DNA from: Halobacteriovoraceae bacterium
Lineage (GTDB): Bacteria > Bdellovibrionota > Bacteriovoracia > Bacteriovoracales > Bacteriovoracaceae
Assembly: GCA_963719505.1 (NCBI GenBank)
Contig: CAVRCF010000001.1
Coordinates: forward strand, 832,001-896,000
Direction of reading: 5' to 3'
DNA: 64,000 nucleotides
Part shown: positions 59,205 through 64,000 of the stretch, in pieces
Layout of the letters: every line of letters starts with the position of its first letter
Position numbering within the stretch: position 1 is the first letter of the stretch
Position numbers and translations under genes: made by a program
Notes under the pieces: model-generated
The model's input: only the letters and a program-made list of their open reading frames with translations
What the model was told of the DNA's origin: nothing
The model's database searches: none

Positions 59205-61643
59205 ATGCCTGGTATCTGCACAAGGCTTGTTACATTCACATTATTCATCACTCTTTTCGCCTCTTGTGGTGATGCTTTTATGAAGAAAAAGAGTAAAACT
59301 GAAAGTCGTAATCAGTTTGTTCAATGTGACATGAACATGAAAGCTCTATCTCTAATATTTGAAGAAAAAATTAAAGGTGATCTTCTTTGCCTTAAAGAAA
59401 ACTTAAACCTCTTCATGGATGTTGTTAAAACGGCTAGACCAGGGAATCTCTCTTTAGTTGAGTTAAAACTTTATATCAAAAAAAATATTCAAGATATCGA
59501 CCCTTCAATTTTTGACCTCTTAGATGCCATTTTTGAAATGAACTCACTCGTTCTTGGTGATGACAAAAAATATATAAAGAGAGGAAATGTTGATAAGTTA
59601 GTTGAACTTTTTATTGGAATAAATGAGACTGTTGTTGATAACAGAGTTGTTGAATACTATTCTTCAAAAGATAGAGTGACTTACCAAAAACACAATGAAA
59701 GAAAAGCGATGGTCTTCCAAGCTTTAAGTAAAGTTGGCTCACTCATTATCGATATCTCTGTCGTTAATAATAACGAAATTGATTTCCATACATTTTTGGG
59801 AAATTTTGAAAAAATTGAAACAGATCCTGATACTCAAAAAGTTTTAAAAAACCTTACAAAGCTTCTCTATGTTAAGAAAATGTTTCTCGGTGGTGATGAA
59901 AAAATGCTTAATTCAAGAGAGCTTAGACGTCTGGCCAGAATGTTGCCAGATATCGCGAAAGTTACTTTTGATCTGTCTAACCTAAATAAGATCGATCACA
60001 GTGAAAATGAAGAAGAAGAAATAATAGAGACTCTAAGTGTTGGAGCTCGCTCTCTAGTTAAAAACTTATACTACCAAGGTTCTGATGAACCGATTATGAA
60101 TTTCCAAGATATTTTTAATACAATAGACATTTTTGGAACGGAATCAGTTTTAAAATGGTTTAGCTATAAAAAAGAAATTCTTTTGGCCAAAGAGGTTCTT
60201 CTCGAAACAAATAGTGAAGTCTTTTCTGCTAGTGAAGTTTATAAACTTTTTGACGATATTCTTAATAAAAATCTTGAAAAGGGTGTTTTTATTTATAAAA
60301 CATACCGCTTGAACAAAACTCAACTTGATTCACCTTCGATAATCACTGAAGATTTAAGAAATGTTGTGGACATTGGTCCAAACGACTCTGATTATATGAA
60401 AGCGATGAACAGAATCGTAAAAAAATACATGTTCTTTAAAGGGCGAGATCCTATCGCAAAATTTAGTCGAAGTATTAAAAGAAGTCCTTTAGGTATCCTT
60501 GAAATCTCCTTTATTGAAGATATGGTGAGAAGAATTAATGCGGGAAAAGCTCGTCAAATGCTACGCATGGTGGGATCAAATATTTCAGATTTGCAAAGAA
60601 AGATTATTGCGATCAATAACGATGATAGCTTATCGAGGCGAGAGAAAAGAAAAGCTATTCAACCGATATTAGAAAAAATTGAAGCTCAAAATAACTTGAG
60701 ATCAACGGTTGATAGTCGACAACTCTCTGGTGAGGGCATGACTCAAGAGACGATTTTAGCTCTTTTTGATGACTATGGAAAAATTTTGGTCGCTGAAGAT
60801 TTGATAACGGCAAAAAGAGAAGCCAATACTGCTGAGACGATCACACTCATGACAAGTATGTTTCAATCTCAATCAAATGGTGATGGCTTTATAGAGGTCG
60901 GTGAGATGACTGAGTTTGCTGTCGAACTTATGGGAGGAATGAATACAGCTTCCATGGGGCAAGAATATTTTAGTAAAGTCTGTGAAAATGTTGAACCGAA
61001 TTCAAATAATCCCGCGCGTTTTATGCCAGAGTGCTTTCGATTGAACTTTATGGAGTTTCTTGAGCAGAGCCAAAACGATGTGAAACTAGCTGATCATCTT
61101 CCAGGGCTTGTCACTTATTTAAACGATGAAAACGTCGATGCTGATAAGTACTTACAAATTAGTGAGGGCTTTACAAGATCATGTACGCACTTTGATGATG
61201 GAAGAGCTGTTCCTTATACGGAAGGGGAGATGCTTCTTCTTTTCACTGGTATGTTTGCAGTCGAGCAAACCTTTGCTCGTTTTGATGTGAATAATAATAA
61301 TATCCTCGATGAAGAAGAGGTTAGTGCATCATTTGTGGTCTACGAGGAGGCGATAAAAGCCCTTATTCCAGTAGACTTCTTAAAGGGAAGAGCTAAGGAT
61401 TTCTATCTTTATTTAATGAAGTATAAGGCACTGCCTGACGTTCAAAACGTTACTGGTCTGAGAAGTCTTTGGAGAGCGATTAAAGAGGGTGCAAAATTTG
61501 CGGCATTTGTGGCAAAAAGTTCTCGTAATAAAAGCTCAAAAGCTGATAGAGAGACTATTGCTACTATTCTCAAGACCTTGTCAGAGCTTAGCCCAGAAGC
61601 GACAAAAAATCCTTTTCCATGTGAGTTACTCGAACTAGAATAA
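59205..61643 (+). CDS. Large lipoprotein with EF-hand-like loops
   Basis: Lipobox FASC; DVNNNNILDEEE and SNGDGFIEVGE loops. Confidence 0.72.
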   Translation: MPGICTRLVTFTLFITLFASCGDAFMKKKSKTESRNQFVQCDMNMKALSLIFEEKIKGDLLCLKENLNLFMDVVKTARPGNLSLVELKLYIKKNIQDIDPSIFDLLDAIFEMNSLVLGDDKKYIKRGNVDKLVELFIGINETVVDNRVVEYYSSKDRVTYQKHNERKAMVFQALSKVGSLIIDISVVNNNEIDFHTFLGNFEKIETDPDTQKVLKNLTKLLYVKKMFLGGDEKMLNSRELRRLARMLPDIAKVTFDLSNLNKIDHSENEEEEIIETLSVGARSLVKNLYYQGSDEPIMNFQDIFNTIDIFGTESVLKWFSYKKEILLAKEVLLETNSEVFSASEVYKLFDDILNKNLEKGVFIYKTYRLNKTQLDSPSIITEDLRNVVDIGPNDSDYMKAMNRIVKKYMFFKGRDPIAKFSRSIKRSPLGILEISFIEDMVRRINAGKARQMLRMVGSNISDLQRKIIAINNDDSLSRREKRKAIQPILEKIEAQNNLRSTVDSRQLSGEGMTQETILALFDDYGKILVAEDLITAKREANTAETITLMTSMFQSQSNGDGFIEVGEMTEFAVELMGGMNTASMGQEYFSKVCENVEPNSNNPARFMPECFRLNFMEFLEQSQNDVKLADHLPGLVTYLNDENVDADKYLQISEGFTRSCTHFDDGRAVPYTEGEMLLLFTGMFAVEQTFARFDVNNNNILDEEEVSASFVVYEEAIKALIPVDFLKGRAKDFYLYLMKYKALPDVQNVTGLRSLWRAIKEGAKFAAFVAKSSRNKSSKADRETIATILKTLSELSPEATKNPFPCELLELE

Positions 61644-61649
61644 GAGTCT

Positions 61650-63539
61650 ATGAAAAAAGACTCTTTATTATTTAGTAGAAAATTTTGGCTAACCTTTTGG
61701 ACTCAGTTCTTTGGAGCGTTTAACGATAACGTTTATAAGAATGCTCTGGTTATTCTTGTCGCTTTTAAATCTTATAGTTTACTGGGATTACCTGCTGAGC
61801 AAGTTGTCGCTTTAAGTGGAGGCATTTTTATTCTGCCTTTTTTTCTCTTTTCAGCTACGGCTGGACAAGTTGCCGATAAATATCCTAAAGATAAACTCAT
61901 TAAGATCATAAAATTCGCTGAAATTGTAATTATGTGCTCTGGAGCCATAGGCTTTCTTTTTGAAAGTGTTGAAGTGCTCGTTAGTACATTATTTTTTATG
62001 GGACTTCAGTCAACATTTTTTGGACCTATAAAATACAGTATACTGCCTGAACTTGTTGATGAGAATGAGCTCGTTGCTGGAAATGCTCTCTTCAGTATGG
62101 GAACCTTTCTAGCAATCTTGTTGGGGACGATCACTGGTGGAGTTCTGATTGCCAAAGAAGTAGCACCAGCTGAGTATGTTTCTGTCAGCGTTATTGTATT
62201 TGCGCTGATTGGATTTCTTTTTTCTTTAGGCATTTTAAAGATGAAGGCCATATCGCCCGATCGAAAAATTAACTTTGGAATCATTAAGCCCTCGATTGAA
62301 GTTTTAAGAGTCTCGCGCAAAAAGAAAAGTGTTTTCGGAGGAGTTCTTGGCATCTCTTGGTTTTGGTTTTTAGGAGCCACTCTTTTATCTATCTTTCCCA
62401 TCTATGCGTTAACAACACTGAATGCAGATCAAGATACCGTCACTTTATTTCTCGCCATCTTTAGCATCGGAGTTGGGTGTGGTTCCATTATTTGCGAAAG
62501 AGTGAGTAAGGGACATCTTGAGTTGGGTCTAGTTGTTTTTGGGGCCATTGGGATGACAATTTTTCTCTTTGACCTTTTCTTGATTGGAACACCTAGCTTT
62601 GTGACAGAACAGAGGCTTCAATTCTCAGTATTTTTTGATCATTTTACAGGTTTTAGAATTCTTGCTGATTTATTTTTATTTTCTGTGTGTGGAGGCTTTT
62701 ATACTGTGCCTCTTTATACAGCGATTCAAAAATTAAGTGACCCTAAAGATCGCTCTATGGTCATTGCTGGAAATAATATTTTAAACGCTTTATTTATGGT
62801 TGTGGCATCGGTGCTTCTCATTATTTTGTTAGGTCTAAAGCTATCAATACCTAAATTGTTTTTGATCTATTCTTTAATCAATCTTGTGGTGGCGTTTGCT
62901 ATTTATAGAAATATCTCAGAATACTTTTGGCGATTATTTTGCGTTTGTGTAATGAAGATTCTTTACAAAGTTGAAGTCAATGGAGCACAGAATATTCCTG
63001 AAGATGGGCCTTTAATTATAACGGCAAATCATATTAGTTTTATCGATTGGCTTTTTTTAGCCGTTGTCGTTAAAAAACCTGTGCGTTTCGTTATGCACTA
63101 TGAGTTCATGAGCATTCCACTAGTAAATATCTTTTTCAAAGGATCAAAAGTAATTCCTATTGCAGGAAAAAAAGAAGATGAAAAAATTATGCATCAAGCT
63201 TTTGAAAGCATTCACGAAGAACTTCAAAAAGGTGAGATCGTTTGTATCTTTCCAGAGGGCGAAATTACAAATACTGGAAAGCTCACTTATTTTAGGCCAG
63301 GGCTTGAAAAGACGATTGAGAGAAGTCCTGTCGACGTTGTGCCTTTTGCCATTTCAGGACTGTGGGGAAGTTTCTTTAGTCGAAAATATGGAAAAGCCAT
63401 GTCAAAATACAGCGTCCTTTTTTATGACCTAAGACCAAAAATTGTGATCAACGTTGGTGAAAGAATAAAAAGTGATGATGTTAATGCAAAGGCTTTGGAA
63501 CTTGTGACCCAAAATCTTCTCGACAAAAATTCACTTTAA
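61650..63539 (+). CDS. MFS (LplT-like) transporter fused to a PlsC-type acyltransferase
   Basis: TQFFGAFNDNVYKN, FGPIKYSILP; NHISFID, FPEG. Confidence 0.9.
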   Translation: MKKDSLLFSRKFWLTFWTQFFGAFNDNVYKNALVILVAFKSYSLLGLPAEQVVALSGGIFILPFFLFSATAGQVADKYPKDKLIKIIKFAEIVIMCSGAIGFLFESVEVLVSTLFFMGLQSTFFGPIKYSILPELVDENELVAGNALFSMGTFLAILLGTITGGVLIAKEVAPAEYVSVSVIVFALIGFLFSLGILKMKAISPDRKINFGIIKPSIEVLRVSRKKKSVFGGVLGISWFWFLGATLLSIFPIYALTTLNADQDTVTLFLAIFSIGVGCGSIICERVSKGHLELGLVVFGAIGMTIFLFDLFLIGTPSFVTEQRLQFSVFFDHFTGFRILADLFLFSVCGGFYTVPLYTAIQKLSDPKDRSMVIAGNNILNALFMVVASVLLIILLGLKLSIPKLFLIYSLINLVVAFAIYRNISEYFWRLFCVCVMKILYKVEVNGAQNIPEDGPLIITANHISFIDWLFLAVVVKKPVRFVMHYEFMSIPLVNIFFKGSKVIPIAGKKEDEKIMHQAFESIHEELQKGEIVCIFPEGEITNTGKLTYFRPGLEKTIERSPVDVVPFAISGLWGSFFSRKYGKAMSKYSVLFYDLRPKIVINVGERIKSDDVNAKALELVTQNLLDKNSL

Positions 63540-63555
63540 TTGTCTAATAGGCTGC

Positions 63556-64000
63556 ATGAGCGAAGAAAATCTAAATAAATTAAATGACCTATCCTCTGAA
63601 GTGACAGCGATGAAGGAGACTCTCGACCACATACGGAGGTCACTTTGACGTCGATTCTAAAAATAGACGCCTAGAAGAAATCGCTGAAATGGAAGCGCTG
63701 CCTGGTTTCTGGGAAGATTCCGACGGTGCTGCGAAAATTCAAAAAGAAAAATCACTTCTCATGGAGGTGACAAATACCCACAAAAAAGTCGCCGATCTTT
63801 TCGATGAATACGAAATTCTCACAGAGTATGCCCACGAAGGAGATGCTGACTCAGCACTGGAAGCTGTTAACTCTTTTGATAAAATGAAGTCGGCTCTGGG
63901 CGAAGCAGAGCAAAAAGCCCTTTTGAGTGACGAGATGGATCCCAATAACGCTATTGTCTCCATTAATGCCGGTGCTGGTGGAACTGAATCATGTGACTGG
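63556..64000 (+). CDS. prfB: Peptide chain release factor 2, partial, with programmed +1 frameshift
   Basis: ORF from ATG 63556 ends CTT TGA C (63643-63649) after internal GGAGG; +1 frame reads DVDSK...PGFWED...INAGAGGTESCDW. Confidence 0.95.

Noticed and set aside
63739-63963. Minus-strand 74-aa ORF and the other short antisense or nested ORFs in the track
   Set aside because: They overlap well-supported genes (here prfB) and lack RBS or protein-family features.

Overview
AT-rich bacterial chromosome segment, most consistent with a predatory Bdellovibrionota (Bacteriovorax/Halobacteriovorax-like). This is inferred from the 277-aa flagellin, ScpA/ScpB and many secreted hypotheticals and proteases. 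The backbone is housekeeping: queC, trmB-dnaG-rpoD, flagellin, scpA-scpB-rluB, trpS, tyrS-rmuC, deoC, rlmL-like, ahcY, rpiB, M3 peptidase, mazG, ybeY, and prfB with its programmed +1 frameshift. Three things stand out. (1) A compact VTC-domain / DUF4956 membrane protein / exported CotH-kinase operon (4471-7228) that could be a polyphosphate synthesis-export-extracytoplasmic phosphorylation system. (2) A 4.6-kb minimal integrative element in tRNA-fMet (25625-30256) with 64-bp att repeats, arm-type sites, int/xis, a type II TA pair, a secreted hydrolase and a long RBS-sequestering leader hairpin. (3) A candidate structured ncRNA near 10.7-10.9 kb, a beta-pore-forming-toxin-like secreted protein, a TLC/Npt-type transporter, a doubly frameshifted lipoprotein, and recurring sigma28, sigma54, CsrA-type and leaderless signals. 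All family calls come from motifs recognised by eye; no database search was run.
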